From positions 160,001 through 224,000 of the forward strand of contig CAVVOB010000030.1 in the NCBI GenBank assembly GCA_963749655.1: 64,000 nt of DNA. Direction: 5' to 3'. Below, piece after piece: positions 1-9,635 of the stretch; within the stretch, counting starts at the first letter, position 1, and each line of letters opens with the position of its first letter. The stretch is from Nitrospirota bacterium. Its GTDB lineage: Bacteria > Nitrospirota > UBA9217. The notes under the pieces are model-generated. The model made no database searches. It saw only the letters and a program-made list of their open reading frames with translations, and was not told the origin of the DNA. The position numbers were made by a program, and so were the translations under genes.

Positions 1-237
1 GCGTCGCCGGAGCAGTCGGTTGCGACAGCGCAAAATCGCGACCTGCTCCAGCAGGCGCTGAACGGGCTTCCGCCAGATTACCGCGAGGTGCTCATCCTGA
101 AACATATCGAGGAGCTCGATTACCAGGAAATAGCGGCGATTACTGGAGCGGGCATCGCGGCGCTCAAAGTGAGGGCGCACCGGGGGCGCGAGATGCTCCG
201 GAAAGTGCTGGAAGATGCGGGGGTGACCCATGGATAA
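1..237 (+). CDS. ECF-type RNA polymerase sigma factor, C-terminal part (5' truncated by window)
   Basis: Frame 1 reads ...LQQALNGLPPDYREVLILKHIEELDYQEIAAITGAGIAALKVRAHRGREMLRK..., a sigma70 region 4 pattern. Stop TAA at 235-237 overlaps the next ATG. Confidence 0.9.
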   Translation, partial: ASPEQSVATAQNRDLLQQALNGLPPDYREVLILKHIEELDYQEIAAITGAGIAALKVRAHRGREMLRKVLEDAGVTHG

Positions 238-877
238 GGACAGGGAGATTCTTCAGAAGATCATCGACAAAGAAGCCGATGAAAAAGAACGTGAGGAAGC
301 GGCGGCCCGCATGAAGACCGACCCCCTTTTTCAGGAGGAGCTGGCGGGCCTTACAAACGCCGTGCAGATGCTGCGGGACCACGGCCCGCAGGAAGCGCCG
401 GCGATGTTCACCGCCGAGGTCATGCGAAAGCTGCCTCTGAAATCGAAGGCGCCTTCGCTGTCCGAGCGGATCAGGGAATTCCTCCTTGCCGGACGGGTGC
501 TCCGCTGGAACATGGCCACGGCAATGGCAGCTGCGGCGGTTCTGATTCTTGCGACTGTTGTCGCCGTTCCCCGCTTCTATCGGGGAACAACGATGAACGG
601 AGGCCCGGCTGAGTCGGTTGTCACCGTCCGCCTCACCTTCCGGGCGCCCCAGGCGCAGCGCGTGGCGGTCGCGGGCGACTTCAACAAGTGGCGGACCAAT
701 GCCGACGAGATGAAGAAGGTCGGCGGCGAATGGAGCATCGATCTCAAGCTGAAACCGGGCGAATATTCGTACAGTTTCATTGTCGACGGGAAGTCGTGGG
801 TCCCGGACCCCGGCGCGGAGATGTACCGGGACGACGGCTACGGCTCAAGAAACGCGGTTCTGAGGGTAAACATATGA
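230..877 (+). CDS. Putative anti-sigma factor with one TM helix and C-terminal CBM48/AMPK-beta-like glycogen-binding domain
   Basis: Follows the ECF sigma. TM segment MAAAAVLILATVVAV. C-terminus has VAVAGDFNKW...YSFIVDGKSWVPDP...DDGYG, typical of E-set/CBM48. Confidence 0.8.
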   Translation: MDKDREILQKIIDKEADEKEREEAAARMKTDPLFQEELAGLTNAVQMLRDHGPQEAPAMFTAEVMRKLPLKSKAPSLSERIREFLLAGRVLRWNMATAMAAAAVLILATVVAVPRFYRGTTMNGGPAESVVTVRLTFRAPQAQRVAVAGDFNKWRTNADEMKKVGGEWSIDLKLKPGEYSYSFIVDGKSWVPDPGAEMYRDDGYGSRNAVLRVNI

Positions 878-1769
878 AGAAGACAGCCTGCTTTCTGACA
901 TCGACAGGTGTGCTGCTCCTGCTGCTCCTGTGCGGTCCGACGCCGGTCATTGCGGCCGAGGACAGGCATTCCGAAGCCATCGACCGGGCGCTCAAGGCAT
1001 CGCAGCTTTCGAAAACGGAACAGGCCGACGTGCACACGAAAGCCGAGGCAACGATCAGCGCCGGGGTCCCGGCTGAGGACGTGGAGATCATCGTGACGCG
1101 GGCAACAGGTCGCGGTCTGGATGCAGGTTCGATCACCCGGTTGCTTGATATCGGCGCGTCGGCAAAAAGGGAAGGGCTTCCTGCCGGCCCTGTGCTGGAC
1201 CGCATCGAGCAGGGTTTGTCGAAGGCCGTCCCGGCAGAGCGTATCCAGGCGGCATCGGACAGGCTGGTGCAGAAACTTCAAGAGGCCAAACCCGCGCGTG
1301 GACGGGCTGATCCGGGCCGGTGCGAAGGCCGGGAAGCAGCGCAGAACGGGAGGCAGCCGTCACGTCTGCGGCCAGAGCGCTCGAACAAAACATGACCAAA
1401 CATGACATCGAGAGCGTGGGCGCGGCCGTGCTGGGAAAGAAAGGATCGCTCGCGGTCTTTACCGGAGTCGTTGATACCGCGGCCTATTTCACGGGGGCCG
1501 GCATGTCTTCCGGTACAGCGGCTCATCTCGTGGCAAATGCGGTACAGAAGGGCTACTCCAAGCGGGACCTGGACTCCCTGGTAAAACGGATGGACAGTGA
1601 GATGAAGCGCGGCTCCAGGGCCGACGATGTCGCAGCGAAGATGGAACGGGAAGGCATGCAGGCCGAACGGGACATGGATCGCCAGGAAATGCAGCAGGAG
1701 ATGAAAGGCGGTCATGGACCGGGAGGCGGCGGCTCAGGCATGGGCGGTATGGGCGGGCCCAGGCGCTAG
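874..1769 (+). CDS. Secreted helical protein with Gly/Met-rich tail; frameshift near 1290
   Basis: Signal peptide MKKTACFL...VIA from 874. The reading continues in the 1320-1769 ORF frame after an apparent indel. Confidence 0.65.
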
Positions 1770-1929
1770 CTCCGGCAGCAAACTGTTCCGGCATCACAGA
1801 TAACAGGTCGAACATGTCAAGGCGGTGCAAGAGTACTCTCCTCGGCCGAGGGACCGCCATGAACATGCCGCCTGGCTGCAGACAGTCGGAGCAGAGCATA
1901 CTACACACCACGAAAAGGAGAAACTAACC

Positions 1930-2312
1930 ATGTTTACGAAACATTTATCCATACCGATCGCTGCAGGCATCCTGCTTCTCGGGATCGCAGCGGGCGCACA
2001 GGCTGAAGAGCAGGGAACGACCGTCAGGTCGCAGGAGCAGGTGCAAGGACCACGGAGCAAAGCCGGGTCCAACCCAATGCAGGCATGATGGCGAAAAACG
2101 AGGCCGGCGATCAGACCATGACGCAGGACCGGACGCAGACACAGGACCGGCTGAAGGACGGGACCGGCGACCAGACGGCGGACCGGCTTCAGAACCATGA
2201 TCAGGTCCGCGATCAACTCTATGACCAGAGCCATGACATGCTCCGCGATCACCAGGGAAGCGGTTCCGGAGGAATGGGCGGCGGAAGTGGAATGGGCGGG
2301 CAGCGGAGATAG
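1930..2312 (+). CDS. Secreted low-complexity protein with QDRxQ/DRL repeats and Gly/Met tail; frameshift near 2080
   Basis: RBS AAGGAG, then signal peptide MFTKHLSIPIAAGILLLGIAAGAQA. Joins ORF 2085-2312 (QDRTQTQDRLKDG...GMGGGSGMGGQRR). Confidence 0.6.
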
Positions 2313-2388
2313 TAGGAGATGTCGGCCGGAGCATCTGCGATCTGATGCTCCGGCATTGTTAACGGACGCAAAGAAGGAGGCGATTTCA

Positions 2389-2967
2389 ATGAAACGGTTC
2401 ATAAATGTCATCATGAGTGTTCTCGTATTATTCTTTGCCGTGACGACTGCGGTATGGGCGGCGGAGACAAAAGAAGAAACAACGCTCAGGAAGGAAGCAG
2501 CGGCAATCAGCAAGACAGCAAACAGCAGCCAGGGCGAGAAGATCGTGACTGCGCGGCTTGATAAGGAATTCAACGTGACTGATGCGCAGATCCAGGCCTT
2601 GCGCGACAAGAAGCTCGGATACGGCGAGATCGCCATCGTATATTCGCTGGCCCAGAAGATGCCGGGCGGCATCACCGATGCGAATATCAGCGAGGTCATG
2701 ACTATGCGGCAGGGACCGCCCGTCATGGGCTGGGGTCAGATCGCCAACAAGCTCGGCACGAAACTCGGCCCCGCTGTCTCTCAGGTAAAGAATGTGAACA
2801 GGGAAACCAGCAGGGAGATGCATCGGGAGGCCAAGGGAGGCGGCAGCGGTTCGGGCGCGATGGAGCAGAGTCAGGAGCGCGACATGGATCGGCATGGCGA
2901 GATGGGAGGCCATGGCGGAAGCGGCGCGGGAGGATCGGGCTCCTCTCATGGAAAGAGCGCAAAGTGA
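2389..2967 (+). CDS. Secreted hypothetical protein with Gly/His/Met-rich tail
   Basis: RBS AAGGAGG, signal peptide MKRFINVIMSVLVLFFAVTTAVWA, internal LGYGEI and MGWGQIA motifs. Confidence 0.75.
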   Translation: MKRFINVIMSVLVLFFAVTTAVWAAETKEETTLRKEAAAISKTANSSQGEKIVTARLDKEFNVTDAQIQALRDKKLGYGEIAIVYSLAQKMPGGITDANISEVMTMRQGPPVMGWGQIANKLGTKLGPAVSQVKNVNRETSREMHREAKGGGSGSGAMEQSQERDMDRHGEMGGHGGSGAGGSGSSHGKSAK

Positions 2968-2989
2968 TTATCGTATGACCTGAATGAGC

Positions 2990-3046
2990 GGACCGTTCCT
3001 CTTCTCCGGGAGATGCTATCCTGAAGAAAGAGGGGCGGTCCTTTTT
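2990..3046 (+). terminator. Putative intrinsic terminator/hairpin
   Basis: GACCGTTCCTCTT...AAGAGGGGCGGTC followed by a T run. Confidence 0.45.
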
Positions 3047-3081
3047 GTATCCAAAAACTCTTCTGAAACGGGGCAACTCTC

Positions 3082-3999
3082 ATGAAAACAACACAGGCAA
3101 AAAATTTATCGCGTCATATTATTCTGTCCGGCATGGTGCTCATCGGCGCAGTTCTTCTCTGTTCCATCTCTCCTGCAAAAGCCTTCGCCGGTCTGATCCT
3201 CGATGCGGAGCTCCGGTTTACTTACGAGGACAACGTCGTCGGTCTGCTGTCAGACCAGCAGCGAGGGCAGAGCGCTTCATCAGGCTCGGGGATGCCTGTT
3301 CAGAACAAGGCGTCCAGCATGGGCCGTGGACCGAATATGGGGAACGGGTACCCTTCGTCGGCTCCAGGCTCGACAGCGTCGACTGCGGATTTTTATACTA
3401 CGCTTTCCGCCGAGGCAGGCGCCTACACGGATTTAGGAACGGAAATGTCGGTTTATGCAAAGGGATTCGCTAACCATTCCTCATACGACAGCAATACCTA
3501 CCTTGATGCCACGATCTACGGCGCGAGCACGGGCGCTGTCGTGAGTCTGGGCAACGGGGTGACCGCTCTCGCTTCGGTACTCGGCAAGATCAAGGAATTT
3601 GACGACAGCCAGCGAAACAGCACGGCCTACGGGGGGACGCTCAGCCTGAAGGAAAAGATCACGGGGGATTATTGGCTCCGCCAGTTCGGCGAATACGAAT
3701 TGAACAGCGCCAGTTCAAACTCGTTCTCGTATACGGGAACGAAGATAGGCGTCAGTGCAGGCCATGATTTTACGAAGGCAACCTCGGCTGCGATCGGATA
3801 CAGCTATCTTGTCCAGAAATACGACGAGCCGGCCGGCACTGTGTGGAGGACCCATACCGGGTTCGTGAGCGCGGAGCAGAAATTCGGGAAATCGTGGTCA
3901 GTAGGGGCGGAATACGATCTTCAGTTGAGCAGGGACAATATGACGAACGCTGGCATCACGGACAACATTTTCTCGCTGGCACTTCGGTACAGCTACTGA
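3082..3999 (+). CDS. Outer membrane beta-barrel protein
   Basis: Signal peptide, alternating beta-strand pattern, C-terminal ...LALRYSY aromatic signature. Confidence 0.75.
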   Translation: MKTTQAKNLSRHIILSGMVLIGAVLLCSISPAKAFAGLILDAELRFTYEDNVVGLLSDQQRGQSASSGSGMPVQNKASSMGRGPNMGNGYPSSAPGSTASTADFYTTLSAEAGAYTDLGTEMSVYAKGFANHSSYDSNTYLDATIYGASTGAVVSLGNGVTALASVLGKIKEFDDSQRNSTAYGGTLSLKEKITGDYWLRQFGEYELNSASSNSFSYTGTKIGVSAGHDFTKATSAAIGYSYLVQKYDEPAGTVWRTHTGFVSAEQKFGKSWSVGAEYDLQLSRDNMTNAGITDNIFSLALRYSY

Positions 4000-4022
4000 T
4001 GCGGCAAGCACTCGTACCAGGC

Positions 4023-5688
4023 TTATTGATCGAGCAGGTTTCTCACCTTGTGCAGCAGCTCGGCGGGAACAACCGGTTTTGACAGGAAGACCGAATCCTG
4101 GTCGGTGAGCGCACCGTTGCCGACCATGTCGGCAGTGTAACCGCTCGTGAAGATCGCGTCCAGCGTCGGGCCGGATCTTTTTCATTTCTTCGTAGACCGC
4201 GGTCCCCACCTTTTTGGGCATAATGACGTCGAGGATGACCAGGCCGATCTCGTCCTTATGTCCTGCGAACAGCTCCAGCGCTTCCTGGCCGTCCGAGGCC
4301 TCCAGAACGGAGTAGCCGAAGTTCTCCAGCACCAGCCGTGTCATGTTCCTGACGTCCGGATCGTCCTCTGCGAGCAGGATGGTCTCGGTCCCGCGCATCG
4401 GGGCGAGGGGCAATGCAGTCGCCTGTTTGGCGGCAACGGAACCTGCGGCGAGCAGGAATATCTTGAAGGTCGTCCCTATTCCCGGTTCGGTGTACACCGT
4501 GATATGGCCGCCCAGCTGCTGGATGATGCCGTAGACGACCGCAAGTCCCAGCCCCGTACCCTTGCCGACCTCTTTGGTCGTAAAGAAAGGGTCGAAGATT
4601 TTTTCCTTCGTATTTGCGTCCATGCCGGTCCCGGTGTCGGAAACAGTGACGATGACATACTCCCCGGGCGCGCCGAAGCCCAGTGTGCGGACATATTCCG
4701 CGGTCAACTCGACGCGCCGCGTCTCGATGGTGAATGAGCCCCCCTCGGGCATGGCGTCCCGCGCGTTGGTCGCAAGGTTCATGAGGACCTGTTCGATCTG
4801 GCCGGGATCCGCCATGATCGTCAGCGCACCCTCACCGACGGCCGTCCTGAGCTCGATGCGCTCGCCGATCAGCCGGCGCAGCAGGTCCGCCACGTTCCGG
4901 ATGACGTCGTTGAGATCGAGCGGTCGAGTCCTTATGACCTGTTTTCTGCTGAACGCGAGGAGCCCCTGGGTCAGGAGAGCGGCGCGGTCCGCCGCGGCAA
5001 TGAGCTGCACCGCATGGCGCCTCAGCGGATCGTCCTCCTTCATGTCCATGAGCAGGAGCTCTCCGTATCCGATGATGACGGAGAGAATGTTGTTGAAATC
5101 GTGGGCGATGCCTCCCGCAAGCTGTCCCACGGACTCCAGCCGCTGCGCGCGGTGGAGCTGGTCTTCGAGCCGCTTGCGTTCGAGCTCGCTTTTCCGTATG
5201 GCCCGGAGCGGCAGATTTCTGAGGATCACAAACGCGCCGATGGCCAGGGGCAGCATGGCGAGCGCGATCAGGCCGCTCCGCATCAGGACGGGACGGAGCG
5301 AGCGGGATATTTCCAGTCTGCCGACCATGACTCCCGCATCATACAACTCGACGGAGCGCTTGAGGACCGGGGATTGAAGGTCGACTGCGGTTTCCGCGAT
5401 CAATTCGTTCTCAATGTTCACCACGCGCCGCGTTTCGGGATCGCCCCTGTCCGGGCGATGCGACAGGTACTCCTTGATCCGCACCTGTTCGAACTCCCAC
5501 ATCCGGGGGTTCGTGCTGATGATCTGGGTGATGATCCGTGCGTTGATCTCAGCCTCGGTCTCGACGCTTCCCGCCATGTAGAGGTAGGTCAGAAAAAAAT
5601 AGCCGGCCGGGAACACGATCACGACCGTTCCGATCACGCTCGCCGAAAGCCAGCTCAGCAGTCTTGTAATGTTGGACACTGTAGGCAT
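4023..5688 (-). CDS. Hybrid sensor histidine kinase (HisKA + HATPase + receiver); frameshift near 4168
   Basis: GIAHDFNN H-box, NARDAM, DTGTGM, GTGLGL, receiver LLAEDD...LDVIMP. The corrected frame continues TLDAIFTSGY...FLSKP...LLDQ* to a stop at 4023. Confidence 0.9.
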
Positions 5689-5699
5689 CGTTTACCGCA

Positions 5700-6543
5700 T
5701 CAGGACTTCGGAACCGGCAAGTTGCCCGCGGCTCGAAGCACTTTTCCCCCCTCGGGGGAAAGAATGAAATCTATGAACCTGCGCACCGCCGCCGACGGGG
5801 ACCGGTCTCGTCACCAGGGAAAGTGTTTTCGCATAGGGATAGGCTCCCGACGCAAGCGCGTCCGTGCTCGGAACAACGCCGTCCAGTGCAAGGATTTTCG
5901 CGCCGTGCTTTTCGGCAGTTACCTGAGCCAGCGTGGAAAAGCCGAGAGCACCGGGGGTTTTCTCGATGGTTTCAAGACAATCCTGGTCGGTGAGCGCCAC
6001 GATCATGCCCGGCCGCAAGCGCGCTGCATCCATGGCCGCCCGCATTCCCGGGGACAGGTTTTTGGCAAGCTCGGTATCGGTTTCGGTCTCCGGTCGGAGC
6101 ACGGGTCGGATGCGTTCGCCCTTCGGCCAGTGGAGTTGCTCGCCCCGGAAGATGCGCGCGAGTTCATCCAGCTGCAGTTCGTCCACAGGGACTTTGCGGC
6201 CTGCTGCCAGTATAAACGGGGTTTTTGCATAGGCGATGACCGACAGGTTCAAGCCTGTCTCGTCATTCTGGAGAGGCCTGCTGACGAGTCCGATGTCCAG
6301 GGCGCCCTTTGACACTGCCCTGATCGCTCCGCTGCTGCCCATGCTCGGCTGCACGTGGACCTTGACTCCCGGGTTGATCTTCTCGAAAGCGGCGCCGAGC
6401 AGGCGCATCGTGCCGAGCGCGCTGCCCGTGCCGCCGACTTCCAGGACTTCTGCTGCCGAAGCAGAAAAGCAGAAGATAAGACCTGCCGTCAGGACCAGGA
6501 TCGCGGCTGCACCGGTGCGGAGCCTTTGGACGTGCGAATACAT
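5700..6543 (-). CDS. PstS-like periplasmic substrate-binding protein; frameshift near 5798
   Basis: Signal peptide, VGGTGS, SMGSSGAI, DIGLVSRPL, SGAYPY motifs. The corrected C-terminus reads AVRRFIDFILSPEG. Confidence 0.8.
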
Positions 6544-6698
6544 GTCGTACCCTCTTTATTGCCGTCAACAGCGGGGAAGATTGCGCTCTGGATCGGACCG
6601 GAGCGTCTGCGATATATAATAGCATAAGTGCGCAATAACCATTGGACTTCTTCTGAGGACCGTACCGTCATGCGAATGCCCTTGCGGGAGCGAAATTA

Positions 6699-7352
6699 TT
6701 ACGGTTCCAGTCGTTCGAAAAAAAATTTCACACCAAACTGTCTGCGTCTCACTGTACAGGCGGGTGCCCCATTTCCTTTAATCAGGTTGAGGTGGGACAC
6801 GACGGCGAAGTGGCGGTCATTGAAGGCGCATCCCTCCCTCCGAATGAAGGACCGGGAGTATTCGCTTCCGTGAAACTGATCAAAGGCGAAGAGTCCCAGA
6901 AATCCGGACGCGTCCTGCTGGAGACAGGAGCCGTAATACTCGATCTCCACCCAGGCGTGATCAATGACTGATCCGGAGTAATCCACTTCCCGGTCACGAT
7001 GCGGACATCCTGGGCGGGAATCCCATTGCCCGGTACAGGCTGCAAAGCAGAATGGCCTTGCCCAGGCAGCTGGCACGGCGTTCGGTTATGACTTCGCCGG
7101 CGGCAACGCGGGGAGGGAAGGATCGTAGATAATGCGGTCGCGGACATAGGCGAAGGCGTTCTCGGGCGTTTCGAGGTCGACTGCAAGGGTGCGAAGCGTC
7201 TTGTCGTTGGGCGTGACGAGCGACTGGAGATCGCGGGGATAGTTCACGATCATATCGTGGAACGCCCGGCAGCCGGCTTCTTGAGGCGGCTGCACAAAGC
7301 CGCACAGAAAAGCGACTGCGGCAATGACCAGCACCGTGACGACCCTGCGCAT
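6699..7352 (-). CDS. Transglutaminase-like domain protein, broken by several frameshifts
   Basis: Consecutive frame pieces: FAYVRDRIIYD / RASCLGKAILLCSLYRAMG / DVRIVTG / DHAWVEI...QQDAS give the Cys-His-Asp triad pattern. Confidence 0.7.
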
Positions 7353-7518
7353 GCAATGCTCCTTTCGGAAGGACGGCGGGGCTTACGTCTGAAGGGGAAC
7401 CACAAGATGGGACGAGCAGGATGTACGGCTATGACTGTAGCATGATTCTGCGGCAACTTCAACGAAAATTAGCAACGGGCAGGGTGGCCGGAGCTTGCAG
7501 CCGCGCATGCAGCGACGC

Positions 7519-8397
7519 TCACCGGGGGCGCGCCGCCGGCTCCAGTGCGCCTGCGGCGTTTTGATAGAACCACTGCACGGCTTTTTCAATGTTTCGCACA
7601 AGGCTGTCTTTTGCGTTTATGATGAAAATCCGGTTGCGGACCTGGAACAGCTCCCGCTCCATACGCTGCACCGGCTGCGCCTGGCGACGCCGGTCGAGCT
7701 CCTTCTCGAACATGGGCACGAGCTTGTCCTTCATGCGGAGCTCCGTATCCATCAGAAAAACGGAGATGGCCGGCGCCAGGTCGGAAACGCGGTCGAGGAA
7801 TGCCGCGATCTCGCCGTCGTAGATCTGTTTGGGCGGCGAGGATTTTACTTCAACGTACACGAGCGCGTTGTCGAGACGCGCGATCACATCATAGTCTCCC
7901 CCGATGTCCGGCCTCCTGAACTTCACGCCCCAGACGGTCTCGGCAAGGAATTCCCTCCGGAACACTTCAGCGATGTACCATTCCAGCGTCGGTCCGAAGC
8001 TCGTGACAGCGGCTCGTGACAGCACGAAGCCCTGCGGCCCTTTCTTGACGAGCTTCAGGGTCCGGAGGTAGTCGAGATAGTCACGAGTCACGGCGGGAGT
8101 AGCGTACCGGGTGACGTCCTTCAGAGTGAAGCCGTCCTGGTGCTTGATCACATCGCGGAGGAAGAGGCGGAAGGAATATTTGTGAAGCATCCGGTAGTAG
8201 CGGGTCTGGTGCTTTTTCGAAGGGATCAGGAGGCCGGCAGGGGGCTCCTTTTTGTACGGCCGGAATCCGCGGCGTTTCAGGAGGACGTCAAGGGACGGAG
8301 ACTGCCGGTTGAGCTCCCTGCGAAGCCGCTTTATCTCCGTCCGCAGATAGGCAAGCTCGTCACGTGTCTTGTCGTCAGGAGTGCGGCTCATGGTCAT
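7519..8397 (-). CDS. Hypothetical protein with C-terminal PD-(D/E)XK nuclease-like fold
   Basis: LEWYIAE...GGDYDVIA...YVEVKS motif after a wHTH-like N-terminal region. Confidence 0.65.
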   Translation of the reverse strand: MTMSRTPDDKTRDELAYLRTEIKRLRRELNRQSPSLDVLLKRRGFRPYKKEPPAGLLIPSKKHQTRYYRMLHKYSFRLFLRDVIKHQDGFTLKDVTRYATPAVTRDYLDYLRTLKLVKKGPQGFVLSRAAVTSFGPTLEWYIAEVFRREFLAETVWGVKFRRPDIGGDYDVIARLDNALVYVEVKSSPPKQIYDGEIAAFLDRVSDLAPAISVFLMDTELRMKDKLVPMFEKELDRRRQAQPVQRMERELFQVRNRIFIINAKDSLVRNIEKAVQWFYQNAAGALEPAARPR

Positions 8398-8473
8398 ACT
8401 CCGATGCCCGGCATGGGGTCCGGATCGACTGCCTCGCCGGGATATTGGTAAAAGCCCCCCGGTTATTTATGTT

Positions 8474-8546
8474 CGTCATTCCGGGCGTGACCCGGAATCC
8501 AGTGTCTTTTCGTGAGTCCTGGATTCCTGCCTTCGCAGGAATGACG
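8474..8546. repeat. Palindromic REP/RS3-like element (GTCATTCC...GGAATCCAG / CTGGATTCC...GGAATGAC)
   Basis: Two inverted hairpin units. A degenerate half copy lies at 11753-11780. Confidence 0.7.
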
Positions 8547-8622
8547 TATTATGCGGCATTCTGAGTATTCTCTCGCAGCCTTCAATAGGGTCGTGTCGAT
8601 GCGGTCTTGTGCCGAAGGCTGG

Positions 8623-9324
8623 TCACTTCAGGATCACCCTCACATCCAGCGCGGCCGCGCTTCTGGCGTAGACGCGAACGGGGTTCATGTCGATCTCTTT
8701 GATATCGGGAAGGTCATTCAGGAGCTTCGAGAGGTTGGTGATGATCAGGTGGACCGCCTCTTCGTCCAGCGCCGATGCGCCGCGAAATCCCTTCAGGAGC
8801 ATGCCCGCCCTCGTCCGGGAGATCATGTCGGTCATCTCCTCGTGGCTGAGCGGAAGAATGCCGAAGACCGTGTCTTTCAGCGCTTCGACCCAGACGCCGC
8901 CCAGTCCGAAGGAAACAGCAGGGCCGAACTGGGGATCGCGCAGTCCGCCGATCAAGAGCTCGAGCCCCTGGGGCATCATCTTCTCGACCAGGAAGGAACG
9001 GATCACGGCGCCGGGCGAACGCGAGGCGATCATGTTCTTCATGGTCGTGACCGAAGCGGCCAGCCCCGCGCTGGTCGTGATGTTCAGGATCACGGCGCCG
9101 GCGTCCGTTTTATGGAGGATGTCGGAGGACACGGCTTTCAGCACCACGGGAAAGCCGAGCTTCTCGCCCGCGGCGACGACAGCTTCACGGTCGGCGGAGC
9201 CGGCCAGCTCGTGCCGTGGAACAATGATGCCGTAGGCGCGCACCAGCTCCTTGGCCTCGTGCTCGAAGAGGACGGTACGGCCGTCCTTTCGTACTGTCTG
9301 TATGATCTCTTCGGGAGTGGGCAT
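8623..9324 (-). CDS. ADP-forming acyl-CoA synthetase beta subunit (ATP-grasp)
   Basis: GFPVVLKAVS.DILHKTDAGAV, ELLIGG.RDPQFGP, EIDMNPV. Confidence 0.9.
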   Translation of the reverse strand: MPTPEEIIQTVRKDGRTVLFEHEAKELVRAYGIIVPRHELAGSADREAVVAAGEKLGFPVVLKAVSSDILHKTDAGAVILNITTSAGLAASVTTMKNMIASRSPGAVIRSFLVEKMMPQGLELLIGGLRDPQFGPAVSFGLGGVWVEALKDTVFGILPLSHEEMTDMISRTRAGMLLKGFRGASALDEEAVHLIITNLSKLLNDLPDIKEIDMNPVRVYARSAAALDVRVILK

Positions 9325-9409
9325 ACGTTCGACCGGACCTCAACCGGGGCAGCATTACAGCAAACGGATAAAAATACAGACAGGATACACTCTGATTTCG
9401 GGGATTTGA

Positions 9410-9545
9410 AAATCCTGTTAATCCTAACCCGGACAAGCCGGAACCAAGAACGAAATGCACTTTCACCACGGATGAACACGGATGCACACGGATAAATAAC
9501 AGCTTGTTTGGTTTGATCCGTGGCCATCAGTGCCAATCCGTGGTA
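9410..9545. repeat. Short tandem/inverted low-complexity repeats (ACACGGAT / ATCCGTG), MITE-like
   Basis: CACGGATGAACACGGATGCACACGGAT followed by inverted ATCCGTGG...ATCCGTGG. Confidence 0.55.
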
Positions 9546-9635
9546 ATAAATGTTTAAGATTTTGTCGATATTTTGAGAAGAGTTCCACTCATAACTGACT
9601 GCTATTCCGTCAAAAGAGCCGTCTCTTCCCGGGGT

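Noticed and set aside
9410-9545. Possible CRISPR or integron attC array among the short repeats (also 38540-38610, 61795-61890, 63950-63985)
   Set aside because: Units are 7-9 nt with no unique regular spacers, and no cas or integrase gene is present.
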